A DNA stretch of 64,000 nt from Polyangiales bacterium. Its GTDB lineage: Bacteria > Myxococcota_A > Polyangia > Polyangiales > CBDCBC01. The notes below the pieces were generated by a model. The model was not told where the DNA came from and did not search any database. It was given only the letters and a program-made list of their open reading frames with translations. The translations under genes and the position numbers were made by a program. Positions 11,123 to 20,831 of the stretch are shown here, in pieces. The DNA lies in the NCBI GenBank assembly GCA_965214225.1, contig OZ243942.1, positions 1,227,774-1,291,773 of the forward strand, given 5' to 3'. Every line of letters begins with the position of its first letter. Positions within the stretch are counted from its first letter, which is position 1.

Positions 11123-11320
11123 GAAGCGCCGAGCTGAGGTGGAGTGCGGTGCAAAGCATTAGGTGGCGGCAGCGCGCAGTCAATCCGCCTTCTGCCTAAC
11201 CTCATGTTTTTGAGGGCCCGAGCAGATTGTCAGCAGATTGCAACGTGATCTTCAGCAGGAGGAGCAAGAACGGAGGAAGGACGGCGCCGGGGCGGCAGGG
11301 TTTGCGGCTGAGGGGCATCG

Positions 11321-12310
11321 TTGAGGGGCATCGTTGAGAGACCTCGACTGAGCTTCGTCGATCACTTGCTAGCGCACCCCCTGTCAGGTGACACTTCTGC
11401 TGTGACTTACCGCATCTTAGCCTTGGACGGAGGAGGTGTTCGCGTCTGCGCCTCAGCGGTCTTACTCTCCCGCCTACACCGTGTGTTTCCGCGTCTGATC
11501 GACTCCTTTGACATGTTCGCAGGAACCTCGATGGGGGGCGTACTGGCTCTTGGAATGGCGCAGGGCACATCGCCTGACGAGTTGGTGCGGTGGCTTCGGT
11601 CTCACGCCGCTACGTTCTACGGGACACCTGCGTCTTGGCCCGACCCAACGCAACCAGACGACGCGGAGCGCGCGGGTATTACCGAGCAGGCCTTGCAGGA
11701 GGTATGCGGAAAGGCGCACCTAACAGATCTGCCACGACGCGTACTGATTCCTGCTGTGAAACTAGACGCTTCGCACCACGACGGGACGCGCGCTTGGAAG
11801 GTCACGTTGTTTCACAACTTTCCAGGCGTAGACGCCGATAACGAAGAGCGTCTTGTGGACGTGGCCCAGCGCGCCTGCGCCACACCAACCTTCGCCCCAG
11901 CTTATCAGGGATTCATTGACGGCAGCATCATCTGCAACAACCCCTCCATGGCGGCGCTATCCCAGGCAATTCACCCTCAGTGGGGCGTCTGCGAACCCAC
12001 CGAAATCCGCCTTCTCTCGCTCGGAAGCGGCCGGTCTTCAACCTTCATCGAGTCGTCAACTGAAGATTGGGGGCTTGTGCAATGGGCGCGTCCGTTGCTA
12101 GCGCTCTCTACGGATGGCACCGCTGATCTCGCTGACTTTCAGTGTCAGCAGCTGCTTGCGCAACGCTACCATAGGCTCAACCCGCCCTTGCCCTTCGAGG
12201 CGAAGTGGGACGATGTCGGGAGCCTGCCCGAACTCATCCGCCTAGCTGAAGAATACTCCATCGACGCTGCCGTGCGCTGGATCACTGAATATATGCTTCG
12301 CGATAGCTAA
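11321..12310 (+). CDS. Patatin-like phospholipase
   Basis: ILALDGGGVR, GTSMG (GxSxG), FIDGS..NNP (DGx), LLSLGSG. Confidence 0.9.
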   Translation: MRGIVERPRLSFVDHLLAHPLSGDTSAVTYRILALDGGGVRVCASAVLLSRLHRVFPRLIDSFDMFAGTSMGGVLALGMAQGTSPDELVRWLRSHAATFYGTPASWPDPTQPDDAERAGITEQALQEVCGKAHLTDLPRRVLIPAVKLDASHHDGTRAWKVTLFHNFPGVDADNEERLVDVAQRACATPTFAPAYQGFIDGSIICNNPSMAALSQAIHPQWGVCEPTEIRLLSLGSGRSSTFIESSTEDWGLVQWARPLLALSTDGTADLADFQCQQLLAQRYHRLNPPLPFEAKWDDVGSLPELIRLAEEYSIDAAVRWITEYMLRDS

Positions 12311-12369
12311 TCGGGGATGGCTAATCGGGGATGGCTAGTCGGGCAATGGCTAGTCGGGCAATGGCTAGT
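12306..12369. repeat. 14-15 bp tandem repeat containing the patatin stop codon
   Basis: GCTAATCGGGGATG x2 followed by GCTAGTCGGGCAATG x2. Confidence 0.85.
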
Positions 12370-12463
12370 TGAGCGGAAGCCGCTTGCCAGCCCCTGTGCA
12401 CGAAGCGGTCTCAGGTGGTATCCGATCAGTCCATGGTGAGTCGGTGTTTCTCGGGAGGCGTCC

Positions 12464-12493
12464 CTTCCTGGTAGAAAGCCGCTGACCGGTTAC
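12464..12493. repeat. Short REP-like repeat family 2, copy 2
   Basis: CTTCCTGGTAGAAAGCCGCTGACCGGTTAC. Confidence 0.75.
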
Positions 12494-12498
12494 ATCAG

Positions 12499-12540
12499 GT
12501 GGCTAGGCTCTCGTGGCTAGGCTCTCGTGGCTAGGCTCCC
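12499..12540. repeat. 14-bp tandem repeat x3 containing the DUF420 stop codon
   Basis: GTGGCTAGGCTCTC x2 plus GTGGCTAGGCTCCC. Confidence 0.9.
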
Positions 12541-13154
12541 GTTGCTACGCGTAGCATGCCGTAGACGACGACGCCGGTGATGGAAACGTAGAGCCAAATT
12601 GGCAGCGTCCAGCGGGCCACTCGCCGGTGTAAATCGAAGCGGCGAATCCACGCGAGGTAGAGCGTTGAAAGAACTAACGGGACAAGCGCAATGGAGAGCA
12701 CAACATGAGAGGCAAGAATCGTCAAATAGAGCGTTCGAGAGCTACCTGGAGGATATGCGGTGTCGCCGTGAATGTAATGGTAGGTAAGATATCCGATAAA
12801 AAACAAGGATGAGCTTCCGAAAGCAGAAAGCATCATGGTTTGATGCAAAAGGATCTTCCTGCGACGGATGGCTACAAAGCCTAGGATCAGCAACACGGCA
12901 CTGCACGTGTTGAGCGCGGCATTGACCGTTGGCATGAACTGCAGAGGCGCGTCACTGCCACTCCCAGGCTGTTCGAGCGCAAAGTAGATTGCACCCAATG
13001 CAGCGACACACACCACCGTGCCAACCACCAAGGCAATCAACGGACGTGGTGGACGAATGCTCACGCGCAGTCTGTAGCACGTCGAAGAAGTGGAGCCATC
13101 CTGGACAACCCGCCCCGCATCGTCGACTAGGCACCGGCTCTTTGAGAGCGGCAC
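12531..13154 (-). CDS. DUF420 family membrane protein
   Basis: NAALNTCSAVLLILGFVAIRRR, H..MML.AF..S.LF...YL.YH, ARWTLPIWLYVSITGVVVY; true start may be the GTG at 13064. Confidence 0.88.
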   Translation of the reverse strand: MPLSKSRCLVDDAGRVVQDGSTSSTCYRLRVSIRPPRPLIALVVGTVVCVAALGAIYFALEQPGSGSDAPLQFMPTVNAALNTCSAVLLILGFVAIRRRKILLHQTMMLSAFGSSSLFFIGYLTYHYIHGDTAYPPGSSRTLYLTILASHVVLSIALVPLVLSTLYLAWIRRFDLHRRVARWTLPIWLYVSITGVVVYGMLRVATGA

Positions 13155-13262
13155 GCCGATGGATTATGGATCTACCACAACACGGAAATCATCCACGAGT
13201 CTATTTCTCATCGCAACAGCTTCAACCTGTGACAGTGGATCAGCTGAACACGCAAGTTGCTT

Positions 13263-13413
13263 TGTAAAGGCTTCTTTACAAGCTCTGAGCGAGTCTTACC
13301 CAGAATGCGCACTAAGACAGCTTCGATGCGAAAGTTCGTCATCAATGCAGTGCCTTCAAAAGCCTCCTCTTGGGCACGTTGCTTGATGGAACTTGTGTAA
13401 AGGGATCTTTACA
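13263..13413. promoter_or_regulatory. Two palindromic TGTAAA-N6-TTTACA (TyrR-box-like) operator candidates
   Basis: TGTAAAGGCTTCTTTACA at 13263-13280 and TGTAAAGGGATCTTTACA at 13396-13413 in a divergent intergenic region. Confidence 0.6.
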
Positions 13414-13504
13414 AGCCTTCGGCGATGCACCCTCGCTACTGGAGCCAAAAGCACGGCTAACCTTCTGAGACTGCGCATTTCAGTGCGGTGACAGACGTCG
13501 CTCC

Positions 13505-13563
13505 GCCTTTGCGCAAGCGATGCCTTTGCGCAAGCGATGCCTTTGCGCAAGCGATGCCTTTGC
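13505..13563. repeat. 17-bp tandem repeat x3.5
   Basis: GCCTTTGCGCAAGCGAT x3 plus a partial unit. Confidence 0.9.
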
Positions 13564-13786
13564 TGCTTCCGAACTCGCACACTTCAGCGGAGGTGAGCGC
13601 TCTGCTCCTACGCCTGCTGCGCATCGCAAGAGGGTGTGTGCAGCCGGGCGACCCCTAGGAGGAGGCTATGGGCTGCGTCGCCCGATACCCAGCGCGGCTG
13701 CGTCGCTCGATACCCAGCGCGGCTGCGTCGCCCGGGACGCCGTTGAAACAGCATTGGCAGCTAGCCGGTGAGCGGGTATATCGACC

Positions 13787-14989
13787 ATGATGTCCTTTGC
13801 CGTGTTCTTCTTTACCACTCTCGTTGGGATCCACATGTATGTGGGCTGGCGTCTCACCCGATACTCAACCTCATCGGCGGCTGGCAAGTGGGCCATATGT
13901 CTCGCCCTTGCGTGCATGACAGCACTCATCTTCATCACGTTTATCGGTGGTCGATGGGAGAAGCGCCCTAGCCATTTCAACCTCGTGCAGTGGGCAGGCT
14001 ATATCAGCCTCGGTTTTATACTCTCTGTCTTTCCCGTCCTCCTGATCCGCGACCTGGTATGGCTTGTGTTCCGAGGCGCCTCATTACTCGGCTATCAGCT
14101 TGGCGCAGCGCCACAGTCCGCCGTGACGGATGTGGAGAGCAGCCGCCGTCTGTTCCTTCTTCACGCATCCAACATGGCGGCGGTCGGAGTAGGTGCGTGG
14201 GTGTCTTCTGTCGGCGTGGCACAAGCGCGACGAACACCCAACGTCAAGAAGATCACGATCCCACTTCAGCGTCTCCCCCAAGCCTTCGATGGCTTCACCA
14301 TTTGCCAGATCAGCGATCTGCACGTGGGACCCACCATCAAACGCCCTTTCGTGGAGGCCGTGGTCGAGCAAGCCTTGGCACTGGATGCCGATCTGATTGC
14401 TGTTACCGGCGACTTAGTCGATGGGTACATCAACGACCTTGAGCACGATGTCACTCCGTTAGCCAATCTTCGCGCACGTGAGGGTGTCTTCTACGTCACA
14501 GGAAACCATGAGTATTATTGGGATGGTCCAGGATGGGTTGAGAAGGTAAAGACATTGGGAATGAAGCCCTTGCTAAACCAGCATGCTGTTATCCATCGCG
14601 ATGGTCAGGATCTTGTGGTGGCAGGCGTCACGGACATCAGCGGAGGGGAGCATGTACCTGGTCATCGCTCCGACCCAGCTGCCGCCGTCCGAAGTGCGCC
14701 CGACGGCGCACCTGCAATCATGCTGGCTCACCAGCCGCGCTCCCTTCACGCAGTGCGGAAAGAGTCTGTCGACCTTCAGCTCTCCGGCCACACCCACGGT
14801 GGACAGTTTTTCCCATGGAACTTCTTCATCTACTTCGTGCAACCCGTCGTTGCTGGACTCAAGGCCTTTGGCTCGCTTAAAGTCTACGTCAACCGCGGGA
14901 CAGGTTACTGGGGACCACCCACGCGTGCTGGCTCACCTTCGGAGATCACCTTGATCACACTGCGACCCGAGTCTGAGAGCTCCTCATGA
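13787..14989 (+). CDS. Membrane-anchored metallophosphoesterase (YkuE-like)
   Basis: ISDLHVG, TGDLVDG, VTGNHEYY, MLAHQP, LSGHTHGGQ. Confidence 0.93.
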   Translation: MMSFAVFFFTTLVGIHMYVGWRLTRYSTSSAAGKWAICLALACMTALIFITFIGGRWEKRPSHFNLVQWAGYISLGFILSVFPVLLIRDLVWLVFRGASLLGYQLGAAPQSAVTDVESSRRLFLLHASNMAAVGVGAWVSSVGVAQARRTPNVKKITIPLQRLPQAFDGFTICQISDLHVGPTIKRPFVEAVVEQALALDADLIAVTGDLVDGYINDLEHDVTPLANLRAREGVFYVTGNHEYYWDGPGWVEKVKTLGMKPLLNQHAVIHRDGQDLVVAGVTDISGGEHVPGHRSDPAAAVRSAPDGAPAIMLAHQPRSLHAVRKESVDLQLSGHTHGGQFFPWNFFIYFVQPVVAGLKAFGSLKVYVNRGTGYWGPPTRAGSPSEITLITLRPESESSS

Positions 14990-15027
14990 AGAGCGCTAGG
15001 TTTCACCCAGAGAGAACACAGTGCCAC

Positions 15028-15990
15028 TTAGGAAGAACACAGTGCTTCTACTTGCTCAACCAGGTAATGCTCGAGCCAACGCTTCCATGGGCGTAGTCCC
15101 GTCACGAAGCCGAGGTGACCGCCGCCTCGCAGCTTGATCAACTTGGCGCTGCCGTAGGTGATGCCTGCCGTTTCCGACGCGATGAAGGGGTCGTTGTCTG
15201 AGACAACTACCTGCGACGGGATGCGCAGGCAGTCAAGCTTTCCGAGGGCGCTGCTTTGGCGGTAGTAGACCTCGGCGCTGGAGAAGTTGGAGAGCGGAGC
15301 AGTTACCTTCTGATCAAACTCATAAACGGACGCAAAAGGTGAAAGCTGGACGCGCGGAAAGCCCTGATAGACCTGCTGCTGAAACGCTAGATAGCTTCGC
15401 AATCGACGGATAAAATGAAGCTCGTAGATCCGGTTAGCAGGAAGGTGAAGCCTCTGGCTGGCAGCAAGAAGGTCAAGCGGAGGACACACCGCAATGCATT
15501 GGGCGACCTTGTTTTGCAACTCCGAATCCGCCTCAGCCGCGGCCTTCAACGCGATGTTGCCTCCCATGCTGAAGCCGATCACCAAGATCCGGTTCCAGGT
15601 GCGCGTGAGGACACGCAATACCGCAAGAAGATCCTCGCTTCGACCGCTGTGACCGATGTGTCGAGCCAAGCCTCTCCCTGACCCCCACCCTCGCATGTTC
15701 ATGCGAACGGTCGGGTACCCTCGGTCAACCACCTCCTTGGCAACATATCGCATGTACGGAGAGTGATGCGATCCGCACAAGCCATGAAGAAGAAGTACAA
15801 CGCACTGCTTCTGAGCATCCGCATCGGACACTTGTAACGAGATGGCATCGCCATCCGCTAACGGCACCCGCTGCTCGTATGAAGGAGGCTCCGCAGGTGC
15901 GTTAAGCAGACCGATGAGGGTTTGAAGGTGCCCGCCCGGAACAAACGAGAGTCCGTCGATCGCTAGATGCCGGTCGCGCGTGCTCTTCAC
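15028..15990 (-). CDS. Alpha/beta hydrolase, YheT family
   Basis: GGHLQT, LLHGLCGS, NMRG, GFSMGG, DNDPF, GGHLGF. Confidence 0.9.
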   Translation of the reverse strand: MKSTRDRHLAIDGLSFVPGGHLQTLIGLLNAPAEPPSYEQRVPLADGDAISLQVSDADAQKQCVVLLLHGLCGSHHSPYMRYVAKEVVDRGYPTVRMNMRGWGSGRGLARHIGHSGRSEDLLAVLRVLTRTWNRILVIGFSMGGNIALKAAAEADSELQNKVAQCIAVCPPLDLLAASQRLHLPANRIYELHFIRRLRSYLAFQQQVYQGFPRVQLSPFASVYEFDQKVTAPLSNFSSAEVYYRQSSALGKLDCLRIPSQVVVSDNDPFIASETAGITYGSAKLIKLRGGGHLGFVTGLRPWKRWLEHYLVEQVEALCSS

Positions 15991-15993
15991 GGT

Positions 15994-16950
15994 CTATCGG
16001 TCACCAGGCTGACGTTTCTCAGTGCGAGGCGGCTTCAACGAAAAGAGCGAGGCCCCCGTGATCAGCACCACGATCACGAGCAAGGAAACGTAGTTAGGGA
16101 TGTGAACTACATCAACTAATAACAACTTCGCTCCAACGAAGAGCAGCACGGCTCCAAGCCCGTAGTGAAGGTAACGAAATCGAAGCATCATCCCGGCAAG
16201 CACGAAGTAGAGCGATCGAAGGCCGAGGATGGCAAAGATGTTGGAGGTGTAGATGATGAAAGGATCTTGCGTAACTGCGAAGATGGCTGGAATGGAGTCA
16301 AAGGCGAAGATGACATCACTGACCTCGACCACGATCAGCGCGAGTAACAGAGGTGTAGCACGCAGCTTCCCGTCCTCGCGGAAGAGGAAGTGGGCGCCGC
16401 GGTATCCGTCTGTCATGGGCATTATGCGCCTGAACATCCGGACGAACCATCCATCGGTAGGCGCTTCTGGGCCGGCGTCTTCCTTCAGCAATCGTATAGC
16501 TGTGACAATGAGCAACGCGCCGAAGATGTAGAGCACCACGTGGAAGCTCTGAACCAGCGCACTACCCAGAAAAATGAAGAACGCCCGAAGCAGCACGGCT
16601 CCGAGCACACCCCAGAAGAGCACGCGGTGGTGCAGATCGGGTGGTACGGAAAACGCTCGGAAGATCAGGATGAAGACGAAGATGTTGTCGACGGACAGCG
16701 CCTTCTCGAGAAGGTAGCCCGACGCGTATTCCAAGCCCACCTCGGGCCCGAAGGTGGCTATCAGCAATGCGCAGAAAAGTGCCGAGGCAATAATCCATAC
16801 AGCCGTCCAGGAAAGCGCCTCTTTGAAAGAGACTATGTGCTTATGTTTGTTGAAAGCACCGAGGTCGATGGCCAACAGGACAGCCACAACCCCTGCAAAC
16901 ACAGCCCATAAGGTCGGACTGGCAATACTGTGCAACTCCACGTCAGGCAT
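15994..16950 (-). CDS. TerC/Alx family membrane protein
   Basis: YLLEKALSVDNIFVF, HRVLFWGVLGA, DVIFAFDSIPAIFAVT, SNIFAILGLRSLYF. Confidence 0.93.
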   Translation of the reverse strand: MPDVELHSIASPTLWAVFAGVVAVLLAIDLGAFNKHKHIVSFKEALSWTAVWIIASALFCALLIATFGPEVGLEYASGYLLEKALSVDNIFVFILIFRAFSVPPDLHHRVLFWGVLGAVLLRAFFIFLGSALVQSFHVVLYIFGALLIVTAIRLLKEDAGPEAPTDGWFVRMFRRIMPMTDGYRGAHFLFREDGKLRATPLLLALIVVEVSDVIFAFDSIPAIFAVTQDPFIIYTSNIFAILGLRSLYFVLAGMMLRFRYLHYGLGAVLLFVGAKLLLVDVVHIPNYVSLLVIVVLITGASLFSLKPPRTEKRQPGDR

Positions 16951-17225
16951 AAGCGCTCATCATTGGATTCTTGGTCAACACGCATACGGCGCACACGCTA
17001 CGTCTTGCAGCGTGGTAGCTCATCAGACAAATGAGGTTCTATTCGGCCTGACTACCGAAGACCAGCTCGATATACCGCACTAAGGCACCGACGGCGAGTA
17101 GACAATGCTCAGCGCTCGAATGCCCGCCCTCCTCGAAAAGCAACTCAACAGGGCCTGACCGGTCACCGGCATTGTCTACTCTGCAGAGCTACGTCGCCGT
17201 TCACTCGCTTATCGCGCCCGGCACT

Positions 17226-17330
17226 CCTGCACTGTTGCTGCCTGCACTGTTGCTGCCTGCACTGTTGCTGCCTGCACTGTTGCTGCCTGCACTGTTGCTG
17301 CCTGCACTGTTGCTGCCTGCACTGTTGCTG
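17226..17330. repeat. Perfect 15-bp tandem repeat x7
   Basis: CCTGCACTGTTGCTG x7 just downstream of the DUF4340 stop codon. Confidence 0.97.
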
Positions 17331-17336
17331 CCGCTG

Positions 17337-18428
17337 CTACTGCGGCGGCTGTTGCTGTAACTGTTGTTGTAGCTGCCGCATCACCTCGGGTGGAAGCTGC
17401 CCATTCCCAGGCAGAGCTTCAGGTGCGCCCTCCGCGCCTGGTGCCCCATCAGCACCCTCCTCCGTTCTCTCAGACTTCGTGAACGAGTCGGCCTTCGGCT
17501 GGAGTTGCTCTGCGAGGTAGCTAGAGATGGTGTAGATGATCGGGTTGCCCTCGCGCTTCAGGTAAACGTTTTTTGCTTCATCGCCTGCCCCCTCGCCGAG
17601 CTTAAGCACAACTTCTCGCTCCTTCTTCTCCTCCTTAATGCGAAAGCGCGCTGTGGCACGTGGATCCATCACGCCGGCCTGCTCCGCACTGATGCCGGGC
17701 TGAGCGAAGCCGCTCGCGCGCATCGTCGATAGGCTCCTAGCCAGGGAAGAAACCTTGGTGGGATCGAAGTTTTCAATGGTTTTGCCCTCTGCAATGCGCC
17801 AGGTGTCGTCACGCTTCTCGAAGCTGAACTGTGCGAGAGGACCGATGAGCTGAATGGCCACAACTTTGTCTGCCTCAACCTCGGTGATGACGCGGTCGCG
17901 CCAATCCTTAACTTCCTTGTTGAACGCGAACCTCACCGAACCGGTAACAGCAAGCACCTGCGTAGCTCCCGCACGCCGCACCATCGTGCGGCCTCCACGC
18001 GACGCACCGATTAAAATGTCGGCGAGCTCCTCTTTGCCACCCTTTGCGATGACGCGTATGGCTTGCTTATCGTCAACCTCAAGAAGGTTGTGGTTTTCCT
18101 TCTTCGTTGCCGCTATGCCCTGAATATTGAGGTCAGTGAGCGCATCGAGCGCGGAATCCACGGCCGCGTCGTCCACCTCGGCATCCATCGGCTCCTTCAT
18201 TCGCCACACTTTGCTCTCCCGCACCAGCCGCACATGATCCTCGGCTCTTGGAGACTTAATCACGAGTTCGGTGATCGTGTCTTTATCCAGCTTGGGAAGA
18301 AGCTCTGCCTCCTCAGTCTCTGAAAGCGTTGTTTCCGTCGTGTTGCGCTTGACCACCCAAACCGTGAGAATGAGCAGCATCACGAAGGCTGCCAGCGCCA
18401 CGAGCAACCTGTTGCCTCTTAAGCCCAT
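17337..18428 (-). CDS. DUF4340 domain-containing protein
   Basis: N-terminal TM anchor, two W-x-M/I-x-x-P-like DUF4340 repeats, follows a GldG-like gene. Confidence 0.8.
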   Translation of the reverse strand: MGLRGNRLLVALAAFVMLLILTVWVVKRNTTETTLSETEEAELLPKLDKDTITELVIKSPRAEDHVRLVRESKVWRMKEPMDAEVDDAAVDSALDALTDLNIQGIAATKKENHNLLEVDDKQAIRVIAKGGKEELADILIGASRGGRTMVRRAGATQVLAVTGSVRFAFNKEVKDWRDRVITEVEADKVVAIQLIGPLAQFSFEKRDDTWRIAEGKTIENFDPTKVSSLARSLSTMRASGFAQPGISAEQAGVMDPRATARFRIKEEKKEREVVLKLGEGAGDEAKNVYLKREGNPIIYTISSYLAEQLQPKADSFTKSERTEEGADGAPGAEGAPEALPGNGQLPPEVMRQLQQQLQQQPPQ

Positions 18429-18440
18429 ACCAGTCTCCTC

Positions 18441-20081
18441 TTAAACCTTGAGTTGCGCCTTTTTCGATTGCCGGGAGCGCCAACGGAATACGCCAAACAG
18501 TGCGAACACGAGTGGAAGTCCCAGCGTGTTGAGCCAACGGTAGAGTGCCTTCTTTGTCTCCCAAGCTTCTATCGCTTCCTGACGTCGTGCCAGGCCCTTC
18601 TCTGCTTTCCCCCTGTCGCGTTCCTGTTCCGCTGCACGGACGACGTCTTCCGCTTCTCGCACTGAGGAAGGAACTTCAAGTGCCGGATCCTCTACGCTCT
18701 TGGCTCGAATAGCGATCAGGTCGGCATCCTGGGCAAGCCAATCCAAGGCATTGAGACCAAACGCCAGAGCCCCGGTCGCATCCTGCTCACCTTGCCCCTG
18801 AGACTTAGGCAGATACTCATCCCGCAAGACACCACCAGTACCAACGACCAAGGCGCGGAATCCGTTGCTCTTGGATTGAGCTTCCAGTGCTACGGCAAGC
18901 GCAAAGGGCCCCCCTCGGCCGGACTGCGACCACTCATTCGGTTGCCGCGGCGTAACGGAGATATTATCTCCAGTCATGAGCCAAGAGTTTTCGGAGGACT
19001 TCGCCAGCACCGTGCGCTTCACGTTGTCAGGCTTGTTCTTCTTCACCGAGACCGGTGAAGTAAACGGCATCGCGATCTGATTGAGACGGAAGAGGGTAGG
19101 ATGCTCCGCTTGCTCTTCCGTGAAGGACACAATGGGCACTGGGGGATAAGGCACGAAGATCGGAATGCCGAGTGTGGTTTGCATCGGCGCCCGCCCGCAT
19201 TGGGCGTCGGCGACGACGCCTTCTCCGAAAGCGAGGCCCCACTTGTCGAGCAGAGGCTTGAGTCCAGAGTCGACTGGGGACGCCGAAGGTTCAGCGCCTT
19301 CAGTGGAAACCCGCAGTCCACCGCCGAAGATGCCGAGTCCTCCTCCTTGCTCAAGATAGCCCTCTAGATTTTTGACTTCGCTCTCCGTGAACGCCTGCGT
19401 TGGATCAACGACTAGGAGCGCTTGGAGCTTGCTGTCGATCGCGCTCGTCGCTTCCACCTCACTGAACTCGTACGTGGGTGCTGCTTGTTGGAGGCTGGTT
19501 AGACCCTTCTGAAGGTCAGGGCCCTGATGCCCCGTGACCACGCCCACAGGCGCTTTGTCGCCCACTAGCTGCTTCATCAATTGCGTGATCTGGTATTCGA
19601 GCCCAGAGGTGTCCTGGACGACTGGGATGGCCTTGCTCTCGCCGAGGTAGCGCAGCGCGATGCCGCGGTAGCCCTCACGCACGCTCACGCTGTCGTTTTC
19701 AAGCACCTGGTGGCTGACTTTGAAAACGCCATCATTCTGAGCTGCATCCTCTTCCTCTTCGGTATCGGGATTGACGTATCTTACCGTGACGTTGCCTTCA
19801 GACTCGGCTTCGTACTCTTCAAGGATGTCTTTAACGTAGCGTTGGGTGGCGTTGAACGGAGGCGGCAAGTCCTCGGTGAAGTATGCCACGATCTCCAGCT
19901 TATCTTTGAGCCGCTCAGCAACCCGCTCGGAGCCATCGGACAGCGAAAACAGCCGGTTCTCTGTAAGATCGATGCGCCCTGAGATAAAAACCCCAAGCAC
20001 GTTCACAAGCACAAGTATAGCCGCAACCAGCAAGATGAATCCGTAGGATTCTTGCGCAGCCTTTGTATGAATGCGGCTCAT
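18441..20081 (-). CDS. GldG-like ABC-type auxiliary / substrate-binding component
   Basis: RIDLTENRLFSLSDGS, LEYQITQ, VVTGHQG, NALDWL.QD.DLIAIRAK. Confidence 0.85.
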   Translation of the reverse strand: MSRIHTKAAQESYGFILLVAAILVLVNVLGVFISGRIDLTENRLFSLSDGSERVAERLKDKLEIVAYFTEDLPPPFNATQRYVKDILEEYEAESEGNVTVRYVNPDTEEEEDAAQNDGVFKVSHQVLENDSVSVREGYRGIALRYLGESKAIPVVQDTSGLEYQITQLMKQLVGDKAPVGVVTGHQGPDLQKGLTSLQQAAPTYEFSEVEATSAIDSKLQALLVVDPTQAFTESEVKNLEGYLEQGGGLGIFGGGLRVSTEGAEPSASPVDSGLKPLLDKWGLAFGEGVVADAQCGRAPMQTTLGIPIFVPYPPVPIVSFTEEQAEHPTLFRLNQIAMPFTSPVSVKKNKPDNVKRTVLAKSSENSWLMTGDNISVTPRQPNEWSQSGRGGPFALAVALEAQSKSNGFRALVVGTGGVLRDEYLPKSQGQGEQDATGALAFGLNALDWLAQDADLIAIRAKSVEDPALEVPSSVREAEDVVRAAEQERDRGKAEKGLARRQEAIEAWETKKALYRWLNTLGLPLVFALFGVFRWRSRQSKKAQLKV

Positions 20082-20082
20082 G

Positions 20083-20793
20083 TTACCTCCACCTGCGGCT
20101 TTCCAGAGACCGGAACGCCAGTCCGAGGCTCAGCCCAATCACGGTTAGAAAATAGAACACATCCCGGGTGTCTACCACACCGCGGATCATGCTTCGATAA
20201 TGGTAATCGAAGGAAAGCCACTCGATGACTGACGCAAGTCCCGAGGGGACAAACGGGAGAAAGCGGTCCACTATCCAAAAGGCGAAGCACAACACACCGC
20301 CAGCAAAAAAGGCAACGAGTTGGTTCTCTGTCCAACTCGATGCAAGTACGCCAAGGCCGATCATCGCGCCACCCTCGAGCAGCAAGCCGAGGTAGCCAGT
20401 AAACACCTGCCCCCAATCCAGATCCCCAAGGGTTGCCACGCTAAGTGGATAGGCAAGTGTGAGGGCGAGCATCACGCCGAACAAGCCAAACGCTCCCAAG
20501 TATTTGCCCCAGATTACCTCAGCGTCACGCACCGGCATGGTGATAAGAAGCTCGATCGTGCCCGACTTCTTCTCTTCCGCTATTAATCCCATCGTGATAG
20601 CGGGCAGAGCGAAAAGGAGAAGGATTGGAGCAAGCTCAAACAAGTTTCTAACTGTTGCTCGCCCCATTAGGAAAAACGGCTGCCAAAAGAAGATGCCCAG
20701 AATCAGCAGGAAAAGAGCGGTCACAATATAAGCGACTGGACTGTTGAAGTAGCTCCGAAACTGCCGCCCGGCTATAGTTAACGTGTTTTTCAT
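20083..20793 (-). CDS. ABC transporter permease (GldF-like)
   Basis: YFNSPVAY, ITMGLIAEEKKSGTIELLITMPV, WGKYLG, SWTENQ. Confidence 0.9.
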   Translation of the reverse strand: MKNTLTIAGRQFRSYFNSPVAYIVTALFLLILGIFFWQPFFLMGRATVRNLFELAPILLLFALPAITMGLIAEEKKSGTIELLITMPVRDAEVIWGKYLGAFGLFGVMLALTLAYPLSVATLGDLDWGQVFTGYLGLLLEGGAMIGLGVLASSWTENQLVAFFAGGVLCFAFWIVDRFLPFVPSGLASVIEWLSFDYHYRSMIRGVVDTRDVFYFLTVIGLSLGLAFRSLESRRWR

Positions 20794-20831
20794 AGTTGTA
20801 TGCTTTGCTGCCTAAAGCGCCCGTGGCCTGC

